NCBI GenBank assembly: GCA_964534845.1
Contig: CAZHPV010000006.1
Span: 11,140-75,139 of the forward strand
From: an uncultured Caulobacterales bacterium
GTDB lineage: Bacteria; Pseudomonadota; Alphaproteobacteria; Caulobacterales; Maricaulaceae
Reading direction: 5' to 3'
DNA length: 64,000 bases
Every line of letters begins with the position of its first letter. The first letter of the stretch is position 1. This document shows positions 10,287-20,534 of this stretch, in pieces. The notes beneath the pieces are model-generated. The model did not search any database. It saw nothing but the letters and a program-made list of their open reading frames with translations, and was not told where the DNA came from. A program made the translations under genes and the position numbers.

Positions 10287-12848
10287 CTATTTAGCCTTAG
10301 CTGTTTTCTTTTTGGCGGCTTTCTTTTTAGCGGGTTTTTTCTTCTTGCCACCCTTGGCTTCTTTCTCGGCAATATATTCTAGTGCCATATCCATATTCAC
10401 ATCTTCAGGCTTGGTGCCTTTGGGGATGGTGGCATTTATTTTTTCATATTTGACATAAGCCCCGTAACGTCCGTCCATGATCCGCACGGGGTGTTCGGTC
10501 GAGGGATGTTTGCCTAGATCCTTTAGCACTTTACCCGCGCTACGACCGCGTCCCGGATTAGCGCGTTTCTCCGCGAGCATCACCACGGCGCGGTTTAGCC
10601 CGATTTCAAACATTTCATCTGCCGTTGGCAAGTTCACATAGGTTCCGTCATGTAGGATGTAAGGCCCAAAGCGCCCAATCGCGCCGGAAATCTTCTTGCC
10701 GTCATCCGGATGATCGCCAACATGACGCGGTAATGAGAGCAAGCGTAAGGCTTTCTCAAGGTCAATAGAATCATATGGCCAGTTCTTAGGCAGTGATGTC
10801 CGCTTGGGCTTTTTATCAGTCGCCATTTCCACATAAGGCCCAAACCGTCCATTTTTGAGCATAATGTCAACACCCGTATCAGGATGGACGCCGAGCATTT
10901 TATCCTCGCCGACATCCGGCGCGTTATCAGCTTGTCCAAAGGGGCGGGTAAATTTACAATCCGGGTAATTTGAGCACCCGACAAAGGCGCCGAATTTACC
11001 CAGTTTGAGAGAGAGCTGCCCGTCACTACAACTTGTGCATTTTCGCGGGTCCGAGCCGTCTTCCTTATCGGGGAAGACAAGCGGACGCAATGCGTCATTA
11101 AGGGCATCAAGGACATGGGTGACACGCAAATCCTTGGTCTCGGCTACGTGGGAGGAGAATTGATCCCAAAAGTCATGTAAGAGTTTTTTCCATGATAAAT
11201 TACCAGCAGAAACCAAATCCAGACGCTCTTCCAGATCAGCCGTGTAGTCATATTGGACATATTTATTGAAGAAATTTTCAAGAAAGGCGGTAACCAAACG
11301 GCCTTTATCATCTGGGGTAAAGCGCCGCTTGTCCAAATTCACATAACCACGGTCCTGTAACACTTTCAGAATCGAGGCATAGGTTGAAGGTCGCCCAATA
11401 CCGAGCTCTTCCATGCGTTTAACCAGAGAGGCCTCTGAAAAACGCGGCGGTGGTTGAGTGAAATGTTGCTCCGCATTTACGTTTTTGGCAGGTGCTTTAT
11501 CTCCCGTCGCGACGGCTGGCAGTAAGGCATTATCGTCTTCGTCTTTATCCTCAATCGATTTTGCAGCCTCATAGAGTTTTAGAAACCCGTCAAATTTCAC
11601 GACCTGACCCGAGGCGCGCAAGGTCACACTATTGGCTTTGTCTGTGATCTCAATCGTTGTGCGTTCAAGCTGAGCTGCTGACATCTGGCTCGCCATGGCG
11701 CGTTTCCATATCAGATCATATAGCTTTGCCATATCGCCTGTCAGTTTTAAATTGTCTGGATGGCGGTTGAAACTTGTCGGACGGATTGCCTCATGCGCTT
11801 CCTGCGCATTTTTGGCCTTGGATTTGAACATGCGCGGCGATTTTGGCAAATAGTTTGCGCCGTAATTTTCTTCTATCGTGTTACGACACTCCGTTATGGC
11901 TTCGCCCACCATGGAAATACCGTCTGTTCGCATATAGGTGATTAACCCAACGGTTTCTCCGCCAATATTGACACCTTCATATAGCTTTTGCGCTGTTTGC
12001 ATGGTGCGTGTGGCCGAAAAGCCGAGCTTGCGGGACGCATCTTGCTGTAAGGTCGAGGTTTGAAACGGGGCGTATGGGTTCCGTTTAAGCGGTTTGGCGA
12101 CGACTGAACTAATGGTCGTGTCTGCCGCTTGGACAGCAGCTTTGGCTGCCATGGCTTTTTCTTCATTATTTAGTGAGAACTTATCAAGCTTTTCGCCGTT
12201 AAGCGCTACGAGCTTAGCCGGAAAATCTTTGCCTGATTTACTGGTGATTTTTGTATCGACTGTCCAATATTCGCGGGGGTCGAACTTTTCGATTTCTGTT
12301 TCGCGTTCGCAAATTAATCGCAGGGCAACAGATTGTACGCGTCCTGCAGAACGCGCGCCCGGTAGTTTGCGCCATAAAACAGGGGATAAGGTAAAGCCGA
12401 CGAGATAATCCAATGCCCGTCTTGCCAGATAGGCTTCCACCAATTCCATATCCAGCTCTCGGGGGCTGGCAATGGCATCGGTTACGGATTTTTTGGTGAT
12501 GGCGTTAAAGACAACACGCTCAATGGGTTTATCTTTCAAGGCCTTTTTCTTGTGAAGCACTTCGAGTAAGTGCCAAGAAATGGCCTCGCCTTCGCGGTCC
12601 GGGTCGGTCGCCAGAATAAGTTTATCAGCGGCTTTGAGCGCGGTCTCTATATCTTTTATGCGGCTTTTGGATTTTATATCGACAGACCATGTCATGGCAA
12701 AATCTTCGTCTGGATTGACGGAACCATTTTTAGACGGCAAGTCCCGTACATGGCCAAAGCTCGCTAAAACCTTATAGCCGGTGCCGAGATATTTTTCGAT
12801 GGTTTTGGCTTTTGCAGGGGATTCTACAATAACAAGGTTCTGGCTCAT
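10287..12848 (-). CDS. topA: DNA topoisomerase I
   Basis: Canonical N-terminus MSQNLVIVESPAKAKTIEKYLG, a Toprim plus Topo IA core, C-terminal zinc-ribbon-type repeats and a Lys-rich tail. The ORF track extends to the GTG at 12878, but I prefer the ATG at 12848. Confidence 0.95.
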   Translation of the reverse strand: MSQNLVIVESPAKAKTIEKYLGTGYKVLASFGHVRDLPSKNGSVNPDEDFAMTWSVDIKSKSRIKDIETALKAADKLILATDPDREGEAISWHLLEVLHKKKALKDKPIERVVFNAITKKSVTDAIASPRELDMELVEAYLARRALDYLVGFTLSPVLWRKLPGARSAGRVQSVALRLICERETEIEKFDPREYWTVDTKITSKSGKDFPAKLVALNGEKLDKFSLNNEEKAMAAKAAVQAADTTISSVVAKPLKRNPYAPFQTSTLQQDASRKLGFSATRTMQTAQKLYEGVNIGGETVGLITYMRTDGISMVGEAITECRNTIEENYGANYLPKSPRMFKSKAKNAQEAHEAIRPTSFNRHPDNLKLTGDMAKLYDLIWKRAMASQMSAAQLERTTIEITDKANSVTLRASGQVVKFDGFLKLYEAAKSIEDKDEDDNALLPAVATGDKAPAKNVNAEQHFTQPPPRFSEASLVKRMEELGIGRPSTYASILKVLQDRGYVNLDKRRFTPDDKGRLVTAFLENFFNKYVQYDYTADLEERLDLVSAGNLSWKKLLHDFWDQFSSHVAETKDLRVTHVLDALNDALRPLVFPDKEDGSDPRKCTSCSDGQLSLKLGKFGAFVGCSNYPDCKFTRPFGQADNAPDVGEDKMLGVHPDTGVDIMLKNGRFGPYVEMATDKKPKRTSLPKNWPYDSIDLEKALRLLSLPRHVGDHPDDGKKISGAIGRFGPYILHDGTYVNLPTADEMFEIGLNRAVVMLAEKRANPGRGRSAGKVLKDLGKHPSTEHPVRIMDGRYGAYVKYEKINATIPKGTKPEDVNMDMALEYIAEKEAKGGKKKKPAKKKAAKKKTAKAK

Positions 12849-13013
12849 ACATATCCAATAATAACGAATCTTGCCCACACCAATTTATGGGTCTGCAAAT
12901 TTTGCGCAGACATGGGGCAAGCCTTCCATATTGTCAACACTTGGTATGCTTTTCAGAAATTTGCAGAACAAAATGCCTGAATTTTGGTCACAATGTTTAT
13001 TTGGCATTACCTA

Positions 13014-13042
13014 TTGACATGCACGTTAAGAGTGTATTATAT
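13014..13042 (+). promoter_or_regulatory. Near-consensus sigma-70 promoter inside an AT-rich spacer
   Basis: TTGACA (13014-13019), then 17 nt, then TTATAT (13037-13042), facing the small ORF at 13126. Confidence 0.5.
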
Positions 13043-13125
13043 ATAAATTGCATTTTAGAGTTTAAATCTTAATGTATATGTGGGATTTTAATTTTCGTTG
13101 CCTAATAAGAGGAAAGGGCGAGGTT

Positions 13126-13338
13126 ATGAACCACAACTTACAGAAAATGAATCAGGTACCAGACTATGAGCCGTTTGCGCGCTCACAGTCAACCCGAAAT
13201 TATATTGAGGATATGCTCAAAGAATTAAGGGATTTGGCGAGCAGTGCGGAAATCGACGATTTAACGGAATTGCTTAAAATGACTTCCATTGCGATCGAAA
13301 CCAAAGGGCGTTTAGGTTTGATATTTCCGGAAGCGTAG
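13126..13338 (+). CDS. Orphan small acidic protein (70 aa; alternative start at 13072)
   Basis: ORF MNHNLQKMNQVPDYEPF...ELRDLASSAEIDDLTELLK... I recognise no family. It lies downstream of the promoter above and on the opposite strand to the flanking dprA and topA. Confidence 0.45.
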   Translation: MNHNLQKMNQVPDYEPFARSQSTRNYIEDMLKELRDLASSAEIDDLTELLKMTSIAIETKGRLGLIFPEA

Positions 13339-13385
13339 TCTTACGCCAGTCTAGTCCGTGTTATTTAGCGATATAGGGTAGCTAT

Positions 13386-14498
13386 TTACACGGTCAGATT
13401 AATGCTCATGCGGCCATCAGGCTCAACAATTATATCGCCGTTAAGTTCAAGTTCCAAAAGGGCGGCCGTACAAACCGGAACCGGAATATTACTCAAACGG
13501 ATGATTTCATCTCTTGGTGTCGCTGTAGGGGAGAGCAAAGAGGTGAGGTCGGACTTGGCCTGATCGATGTCCTTTTGAGCCGATTGCCAATCAAATTCAA
13601 CCGCGCGGAAGTCCGTATCGGGTTCTTGGATAAAAGAACGCGGCAGGTTTTCAACAATATCTATGACGTCTGAGGCGCTTTCTATCAATGCGGCACCTTG
13701 TTGTATGAGACGGTTGCAGCCTTTGGTGCGTGGATCAAGCGGAGAACCGGGAGCGGCCATTACTTCCCGGTTTTGTTCCAGGGCGTAGCGTGCGGTAATT
13801 AACGTACCAGAACGCTCAGCCGCCTCGATTACGACTGTGCCCAGACAAAGCCCGGAAATAATCCGGTTACGACGCGGGAAATCGCGTGCTGTCGCTTTAT
13901 GTCCAAGCGGGCTTTCTGAGATAAGCGCGCCTGTGTCCCGAATGGCATGGTAAAGTTCGGTATTCTGTCGGGGGTAAATATGGTCAATGCCTCCGCCCAA
14001 TACGGCGATAGTGCCGGTTTCGAGTGCGCCTGTATGGGCATTTGCATCAATGCCGCGCGCAAGACCGGAGACGACGACATAGCCGGCTTGGCCAAGTTCG
14101 AGACTAATTTGGCGGGCAAATCGTTGGCCTATGGCCGAGGCATTGCGAGAGCCGACAATGGCAATACTGGGCTTAGCAAGAATATCGAGGCGGCCCCAAA
14201 GAGCGATAAAGGGCGGCGGGGGATTGAGCGCGCGTAAATAGTGTGGATAGTCTGGCTCGCATGCAAAAATATATCTAACCCCCATATTTTCAGCAGCGTC
14301 CATTTCGGCCTCAATTACTTCTACCGATGGAATGGAGATTGATTTTCGCCGGATAATTTGAGGGAGAGCCTGAAGGGCGGCACTGGCCGTTTTATATCGG
14401 GCTAAAAGATCGCGAAAGGAAACGGGACCAACGCTGGGTGTACGGATGAGGCGCAGCCAGTCCCGACGTTCAGAAAAGGAAAGCTCGCGCGGGGTCAA
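13386..14498 (-). CDS. dprA: DNA-processing protein DprA (Smf)
   Basis: 370 aa with the motif SGLARGIDANAH and a DprA Rossmann-like core. It overlaps plsY by 4 nt. Confidence 0.9.
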   Translation of the reverse strand: MTPRELSFSERRDWLRLIRTPSVGPVSFRDLLARYKTASAALQALPQIIRRKSISIPSVEVIEAEMDAAENMGVRYIFACEPDYPHYLRALNPPPPFIALWGRLDILAKPSIAIVGSRNASAIGQRFARQISLELGQAGYVVVSGLARGIDANAHTGALETGTIAVLGGGIDHIYPRQNTELYHAIRDTGALISESPLGHKATARDFPRRNRIISGLCLGTVVIEAAERSGTLITARYALEQNREVMAAPGSPLDPRTKGCNRLIQQGAALIESASDVIDIVENLPRSFIQEPDTDFRAVEFDWQSAQKDIDQAKSDLTSLLSPTATPRDEIIRLSNIPVPVCTAALLELELNGDIIVEPDGRMSINLTV

Positions 14499-15103
14499 AT
14501 CTTTTCCGTTTTTTTGTTTCCGTCCGATCTGGGTTCTGTACCGTTGAGCAGTCGTTTAATATTTTCCCGATGCCGAACGAATATGATTATGGTGAGCGAG
14601 AGTGCCATAAGGGCGATATCTTCGCGTCCCATAAAATAGGCTATTATCGGAGCCGAGGTGGCCGAGACCAGTGCTGATAAGGAAGAAATTTTCGTGAGGA
14701 AAAACATCGCCAGCCAGACCAGACAGGCGCTTAAGCCTATCGGAAAGCCAACGGCCAGCAGCGCGCCTAAAAATGTTGCAACGCCTTTGCCGCCTTTAAA
14801 TTTCAACCAAACCGGATAGCAATGTCCCAAAAGAGCCGCAGAACCGGCTATAAGACCAAAGGGAGCGCCGAAAATTTTATGGAAAATAATGGCAGCCAGA
14901 CCTGCCTTACCGGCATCTAATATCAAGGTCATCAGGGCCAGATCCTTACGGCCTGTTCGCAGCACATTCGTCGCTCCTATATTTCCAGAGCCAATATTTC
15001 TAATATCACCCTGACCAAATAATTTGGCGATAAGTAAGCCAAAAGGGATGGCTCCAAACAAATATCCACCCAGAACAGACATGAAGAGAGTTGAGGAAAA
15101 CAT
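14495..15103 (-). CDS. plsY: Glycerol-3-phosphate acyltransferase PlsY
   Basis: 202-aa membrane protein with the GSGNIGATN motif. Confidence 0.92.
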   Translation of the reverse strand: MFSSTLFMSVLGGYLFGAIPFGLLIAKLFGQGDIRNIGSGNIGATNVLRTGRKDLALMTLILDAGKAGLAAIIFHKIFGAPFGLIAGSAALLGHCYPVWLKFKGGKGVATFLGALLAVGFPIGLSACLVWLAMFFLTKISSLSALVSATSAPIIAYFMGREDIALMALSLTIIIFVRHRENIKRLLNGTEPRSDGNKKTEKI

Positions 15104-15301
15104 AACAAGAACATGTATGAGAATGGTCGTTTTGTCAAAGTTTTTTAAAAGTTTGGCGTGGGGTGAGCGTAATAATAACTTGCACGCTAAAAGCCGGACT
15201 GGCTAGTAAAGTATGATATGATTTCTGATAATTGGGCATGGGAGAGCATAATTATATGCGCGATCATGTAGGCGAGAGATCATTTTGAAGGGGATAATCA
15301 T

Positions 15302-16339
15302 ATGTCCGGCAATTTGAGTGAAGACTTTTTCGAAGACATTTCAACGGCTGGTCTATTGGCCCAAACGCCGCTTTCCATTGTTATAACAAATCCCAATCTT
15401 AAAGATAATCCGATTGTGTTTTCCAATAGAGCCTTCGAAACGACGACGGGATATGCCAATAGCGCAGTTATCGGACGGAATTGTCGGTTTTTGCAAGGCG
15501 ATGACACGGACCGTAAAAGTGTGGACGCCATTCGTGACGCGGTTAAGAGTGAAAAAGAGCTGCTGATAACGCTGTTAAATTACAGGGTTGATGGGCGCAC
15601 ATTTTGGAATGAGCTTAATCTCTCGCCTTTGTATAATACGGATAAGGAACTCGCCTATTTTTTAGGTATTCAGAGGGTTGTTCCCGGGCCGGAGGGAAAG
15701 ACCCCTGAGCATATTACAGGCGATTTGCGACTTCAGGAAATTCAACATCGCGTCAAAAATCATCTCTCTATGATCGTCAGTCTTATTCGCACCCAAGCCC
15801 GCTCTAAAGATTTTACAATCGAGGAAGGTTATACAACATTGGCTCGACGGATTGAGGCCCTGCAGATCCTTTATGAGCAATTAAATGTTGTATCCAATAA
15901 ATATAATGTTGTGGATGTTGGTGCCTATGTTGGCCAGTTAGTCGCCTCGATAACACACCTTAATCCGATGGCAGGTATCCGCGTCGATCTGAAAACGATT
16001 TCGGCGGATATTTCTGTAGATCTTGCGGTTCAGATTGGTCTGATATTATCAGAAGTGCTTACGAATGCATTCCAGCACGCCTTTACGGGACGGAGCCGAG
16101 GCCTTGTTACCATCGATGTTGCGCATGATATCGCAAGTGGCAGGTTATCGGTTACGGTTACGGATGATGGTGTGGGTATGGAAAATCCACAAGACTGGCC
16201 GGCATTAGGTGGGTCCGGTAGTCATATTGTCAATGGTATGATTGATTTCGCAAATGCTGAGGTCGGCGTGCAGTCAAGCAAATCAGGCACGCAGATTGAA
16301 ATTAAATTTCCTTTTGAAATATCAAAAAACGGAGTGTGA
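15302..16339 (+). CDS. LOV-domain (blue-light) sensor histidine kinase, HisKA_2/HWE type
   Basis: Canonical LOV flavin-adduct motif GRNCRFLQG, the H-box HRVKNHLSMIVSLIR and a C-terminal HATPase region (DDGVGM). Confidence 0.9.
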   Translation: MSGNLSEDFFEDISTAGLLAQTPLSIVITNPNLKDNPIVFSNRAFETTTGYANSAVIGRNCRFLQGDDTDRKSVDAIRDAVKSEKELLITLLNYRVDGRTFWNELNLSPLYNTDKELAYFLGIQRVVPGPEGKTPEHITGDLRLQEIQHRVKNHLSMIVSLIRTQARSKDFTIEEGYTTLARRIEALQILYEQLNVVSNKYNVVDVGAYVGQLVASITHLNPMAGIRVDLKTISADISVDLAVQIGLILSEVLTNAFQHAFTGRSRGLVTIDVAHDIASGRLSVTVTDDGVGMENPQDWPALGGSGSHIVNGMIDFANAEVGVQSSKSGTQIEIKFPFEISKNGV

Positions 16340-16385
16340 CATATTATAATGCCCTATTATAAATTACCACACATAAGGATTTAAA

Positions 16386-16739
16386 GTGCCAAACATGCTT
16401 ATCGTGGAAGATGATTTTTTCATTGCCACAATGTTATCTGAAATTATGCAAGATAATGGGTATGATATCGCCGCGGTGATAAATAATTTTGACGATGCGA
16501 CCCGTTTTGTTGCTGACAATACCGTAGATTTTGCTTTGCTCGATTATAATATTGTCGGCGGAACAACAATAGACATTGCCAAAGAGCTCATGCGTAAATC
16601 GGTGCCATTGATTATATTGACAGGTAATACAAACGATGAGGCGCTTAAAGAGGAATTGCCCGACGTGGTTGTTTTAGACAAGCCGTTCCGGGAGGCTCTG
16701 CTTTTGGAGACAATCCAGTCTGCAATCGGGGCGCGGTAG
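16386..16739 (+). CDS. Single-domain response regulator (receiver only)
   Basis: 117 aa with LIVEDD...DFALLDYNI...LDKPF receiver motifs, 46 nt downstream of the LOV kinase. Confidence 0.85.
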   Translation: MPNMLIVEDDFFIATMLSEIMQDNGYDIAAVINNFDDATRFVADNTVDFALLDYNIVGGTTIDIAKELMRKSVPLIILTGNTNDEALKEELPDVVVLDKPFREALLLETIQSAIGAR

Positions 16740-16835
16740 CGCTTATTGCCTCAAAGTGCCAAGTAAGATGTAACCAAGCCTGTTTTTCAATTGGCAGGCT
16801 ATATTCACGGATTTTGCGGCCCTATTCACAGTCTT

Positions 16836-16863
16836 TTGAACGTACTGTCAAAAATGCTAGAAT
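16836..16863 (+). promoter_or_regulatory. Candidate sigma-70 promoter of clpS-clpA
   Basis: TTGAAC, then 16 nt, then TAGAAT. It lies inside the long ORF-track version of clpS, which argues for the shorter clpS start. Confidence 0.5.
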
Positions 16864-16906
16864 ACAGCTCTTTTCATGGCATGAATTACACCCTACATTC
16901 CGGGTA

Positions 16907-17293
16907 ATGATTGAATCGCTTAAACGATATCGGCTCAGCCTGTTTTTATCTTGCCCTTTGGCAGGCCCTGATCAGGACGACGGGGAGGGCGCCGACGGGC
17001 CTGAGCGCGGCGTGGCCACGAAAGTCCGCCCGAAAACCAAAAAACCGTCAATGTACCGCGTTCTACTGATGAATGATGATTATACACCGATGGAATTTGT
17101 CGTCTCAATTCTGATGTCTATCTTTAACAAGACGCAGGAAGAAGCCACACAAATCATGCTTAATGTGCATCAAAACGGGGTGGGCGTGTGCGGTGTATAT
17201 ACTTTCGAAATTGCTGAAACAAAAGTCTCACAAGTGATGGATGCGGCCAAACGTCGACAACATCCACTTCAATGCACGCTTGAAAAGGCGTGA
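16907..17293 (+). CDS. clpS: ATP-dependent Clp protease adaptor ClpS
   Basis: Core sequence [29 protein letters not shown]...[19 protein letters not shown]. The start is uncertain: the track begins at 16814, the ATG at 16907 lies downstream of the predicted promoter, and a later TTG is also possible. Confidence 0.9.
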   Translation: MIESLKRYRLSLFLSCPLAGPDQDDGEGADGPERGVATKVRPKTKKPSMYRVLLMNDDYTPMEFVVSILMSIFNKTQEEATQIMLNVHQNGVGVCGVYTFEIAETKVSQVMDAAKRRQHPLQCTLEKA

Positions 17294-17329
17294 GAGCTTA
17301 CCTATCTTTAGGGTAAGAAAGGAAATATT

Positions 17330-19663
17330 ATGGCCTCATTCTCTCCGGTTCTAGAAGAGACGATACACCGTGCTTTGACCTATGCTTCTGATCGCAAGCA
17401 TGAGCTTGCAACGCTTGAGCATTTGCTATTGGCGCTCATTGAGGATCGTGACGCGGGCGCTGTAATGTCAGCCTGCGATATTGACCTAGAGGCTTTAAAA
17501 GCCGACGTAACGGCCTATCTGGATGATGACCTCGCCTCCCTTGTGGTGGATGAGTTTGAAGAAGCCCGCCCGACGGCCGGGTTTCACCGCGTTATCCAGC
17601 GTGCCGTAATCCATGTTCAAAGCTCGGGCCGCGAAGAAGTCACAGGGGCCAATGCGCTTGTAGCCTTATTTGCGGAACGTGAGAGCCATGCCGTATATTT
17701 CCTTCAAGAGCGTGACATGACCCGTTATGATGCGGTGAATTATATTTCGCACGGAATTTCCAAATCCGGCGATCAAACTGTTTCAAAATCCCCGCAGGGT
17801 ACGAATGCAGAGGGGCAGGCTGGCGAAGAGGCTAAGCAAAAAGACCCCCTTGAAGAATATACAGTTAATCTCAACCAGAAAGCGCGTGACGGCGATATAG
17901 ATCCCCTCATCGGGCGTGATGACGAGGTCGAACGGTGTATTATGGTGCTTTCGCGGCGGCGCAAGAATAATCCTTTACTGGTCGGCGACCCGGGCGTCGG
18001 GAAAACGGCTATTGCTGAAGGCATTGCCAGACGTATCGTTAATGATGACGTTCCTGAAGTTTTACAGGACAATATAATTTACTCTCTGGATATGGGTGCG
18101 CTTCTGGCCGGAACACGTTACCGCGGCGATTTTGAGGAACGCCTCAAAGCCGTTATGACGAAATTGCAGGAAACCGAAGGCTCTATTCTGTTTATTGATG
18201 AAATCCACACGATAATCGGAGCCGGTGCAACAAGCGGTGGTGCGATGGATGCCTCGAACCTGCTTAAGCCTGCATTGCAAAGCGGTAAGCTGCGCTGCAT
18301 GGGGTCAACAACCTATAAGGAATATCGCCAGCATTTCGAGAAAGACCGCGCCTTATCACGGCGGTTCCTCAAAATAGATGTGTCCGAACCCTCTGCCGAG
18401 GACAGCGTTAAAATCCTTATGGGCCTTAAGCCTTATTTCGAGGAATTTCATAAAATTAAATATACGGCGGAAGCTATTCAGGGCGCTGTCGATTTATCGG
18501 TACGTCACATCACAGACCGTAAATTGCCCGATAAGGCGATTGATGTGATTGACGAAGCGGGCGCCCGTCAAAAACTCGTGACTGAAAAGAAACGCAAAAA
18601 GACGATCGGGATAAAAGAAATTGAATTTGTTATTTCGAAAATTGCCCGCATCCCGCCGAAATCTATTTCGCGCGATGATGAAAAAGCGCTTAAGTCCTTA
18701 CCGCTTGATCTCAAGCGTATGGTATTTGGCCAAGACAAGGCCATTGAACAAGTAGCCTCTGCGGTTAAACTCGCGCGGGCAGGATTGCGCGAGGCCGATA
18801 AGCCTATCGGGTCCTATCTTTTTGCTGGCCCGACAGGGGTTGGTAAAACCGAAGTCGCCAAGCAGCTTGCCTCTACACAAGGGCTTGAGCTTTTGCGGTT
18901 TGACATGTCCGAATATATGGAGCGTCATACCGTTTCGCGCCTTATCGGCGCGCCTCCGGGTTATGTCGGCTATGATCAGGGCGGCTTGTTGACAGATGCG
19001 GTCAATCAGAACCCGCATAGTGTGCTTTTGCTTGACGAGATCGAAAAAGCCCATCCTGATATTTACAATATCCTCTTGCAAGTGATGGATAATGGCTTCC
19101 TTACCGACGCCAATGGACGCAAGGTTGATTTCCGTAATGTGATTATCATTATGACAACAAATGCCGGCGCCTCTGATGCGGCCAAAGCCGAAATCGGATT
19201 TGGTCGGGGTCTTAAAGATGATGAGCAAGACGCTGCGATTAAACGCCGCTTTACCCCTGAATTTCGTAACAGGTTGGATGCGATTGTGTCCTTTGCGGCG
19301 CTCTCGCCAGAGGATATTGCCAAGGTTGTCGACAAGTTTGTTATCCAGCTTGAAGCCCAGCTCGCAGATCGCAAGATCGAGTTTGAGGTCTCTAAGGCGG
19401 CTAATCTGTGGTTGGCGACCAAGGGTTATGATAAACGCTACGGCGCGCGTCCCTTGGGCCGGACTATTCAGGAATATATCAAAAAGCCGCTGGCCGATGA
19501 GATATTATTTGGCAAGCTGAAATCTGGCGGACTCGTGCGGGTCGGGGTGGACCGTAAGAAGGAGAACCTCACCTTCAAGATCGTCCCGCCTGCTAAGCTC
19601 AAAATTGAAGGCCGCAAGGGCGGTAAGGGCTTACCGGCCCCCAAGCCCAAACAGGATGCTTAG
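17330..19663 (+). CDS. clpA: ATP-dependent Clp protease ATP-binding subunit ClpA
   Basis: 777 aa with two AAA+ modules ([10 protein letters not shown] and [12 protein letters not shown]) and a Clp N-domain. Confidence 0.97.
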   Translation: MASFSPVLEETIHRALTYASDRKHELATLEHLLLALIEDRDAGAVMSACDIDLEALKADVTAYLDDDLASLVVDEFEEARPTAGFHRVIQRAVIHVQSSGREEVTGANALVALFAERESHAVYFLQERDMTRYDAVNYISHGISKSGDQTVSKSPQGTNAEGQAGEEAKQKDPLEEYTVNLNQKARDGDIDPLIGRDDEVERCIMVLSRRRKNNPLLVGDPGVGKTAIAEGIARRIVNDDVPEVLQDNIIYSLDMGALLAGTRYRGDFEERLKAVMTKLQETEGSILFIDEIHTIIGAGATSGGAMDASNLLKPALQSGKLRCMGSTTYKEYRQHFEKDRALSRRFLKIDVSEPSAEDSVKILMGLKPYFEEFHKIKYTAEAIQGAVDLSVRHITDRKLPDKAIDVIDEAGARQKLVTEKKRKKTIGIKEIEFVISKIARIPPKSISRDDEKALKSLPLDLKRMVFGQDKAIEQVASAVKLARAGLREADKPIGSYLFAGPTGVGKTEVAKQLASTQGLELLRFDMSEYMERHTVSRLIGAPPGYVGYDQGGLLTDAVNQNPHSVLLLDEIEKAHPDIYNILLQVMDNGFLTDANGRKVDFRNVIIIMTTNAGASDAAKAEIGFGRGLKDDEQDAAIKRRFTPEFRNRLDAIVSFAALSPEDIAKVVDKFVIQLEAQLADRKIEFEVSKAANLWLATKGYDKRYGARPLGRTIQEYIKKPLADEILFGKLKSGGLVRVGVDRKKENLTFKIVPPAKLKIEGRKGGKGLPAPKPKQDA

Positions 19664-19702
19664 ACGCGTAGTTTATTTCCGTAAGTCTTGAGGGGGACGT
19701 AA

Positions 19703-20440
19703 ATGAGCGAAGAAAACGAAGCTCCCTCAGCCAAGCCTAACCTGATTGAGCGCGGTAAAAAACTCGGAGAGATTACCGAGCGAGCCTCAAGCGTTGCCGA
19801 GAGTGCAAGTACGGCTTTTAACGCGATAAAATGGGTTGCGATTGCGGTTGTTACGCTTGTCTTGGGCAGCGGTGTGTTCGGTGTCTACAAAATTATATCT
19901 GCGCCTGCGAAAGCTGTCGGGAGCGCTGCTGAGTCAGTAACCCAAACCGTCAAAAGCGGCACAGATAAAATCAAGCAAGGTGGCAGCGATATTTTAAATC
20001 ACCTTGATATTCCCTCTACAAATAGCACTGGGCTAAACAGATTGGCAGATAAGGTGTTTGAGCGCCTGTCTTCCATGCCCGTTAACCCGCCAGCCGATGT
20101 GAAGGAACGCCTCTATTGGCGGACGCAATTTCCTGGACACGAAAATAAGGTGTGTCGATTATCCATGAACTTTGGAAATGGTGATATCCCTGTTTTGATT
20201 GCAGCTGATAATGCGGCCTATGCGACGGCAAAAGCGTTAGGGGCTAAGGAAGGCCGCCTTATCCGTATCGTCATTACTGCAGGGGAAGATAATATTGCTT
20301 TTCGCCTTGCTTGGGAGGATGAAACATCCGCTTGGAGTATGAAATGGCGAGCTACGACACTTCAAAAGCCAGTGTCTGACAAGGTCGCTGAGGCGCGTAT
20401 TCTGGACGTGTTAAAACAAGCCGAAAATGATTGTAGGTGA
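19703..20440 (+). CDS. Hypothetical membrane-anchored protein
   Basis: 245 aa with one hydrophobic helix (WVAIAVVTLVLGSGVFGVY). I recognise no family. Confidence 0.6.
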   Translation: MSEENEAPSAKPNLIERGKKLGEITERASSVAESASTAFNAIKWVAIAVVTLVLGSGVFGVYKIISAPAKAVGSAAESVTQTVKSGTDKIKQGGSDILNHLDIPSTNSTGLNRLADKVFERLSSMPVNPPADVKERLYWRTQFPGHENKVCRLSMNFGNGDIPVLIAADNAAYATAKALGAKEGRLIRIVITAGEDNIAFRLAWEDETSAWSMKWRATTLQKPVSDKVAEARILDVLKQAENDCR

Positions 20441-20534
20441 GGGCCCCCTCAACCCAGTAAGTAATGCACAAACTCTTAGCCTCTCTTCATTTTTATTGTT
20501 ACACTGTGCTAGTCTCGTGACAAAGGAGTCGTTT

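Noticed and set aside
12887-13072. 61-aa plus-strand ORF in the topA upstream spacer
   Set aside because: It is AT-rich with low-complexity codon usage and no Shine-Dalgarno sequence, and it overlaps the predicted promoter.
16814-16906. Long N-terminal extension of clpS in the ORF track
   Set aside because: A good TTGAAC-N16-TAGAAT promoter lies inside it, and the extension is unlike ClpS N-termini.
18698-19228. 176-aa antisense ORF in clpA. Similar antisense ORFs lie at 51610-52227 in ileS, 26874-27482 in pleD and 20411-20917 in the DUF4197 gene.
   Set aside because: They lie inside strongly supported genes and have biased Arg/Ser/Pro composition typical of antisense frames.
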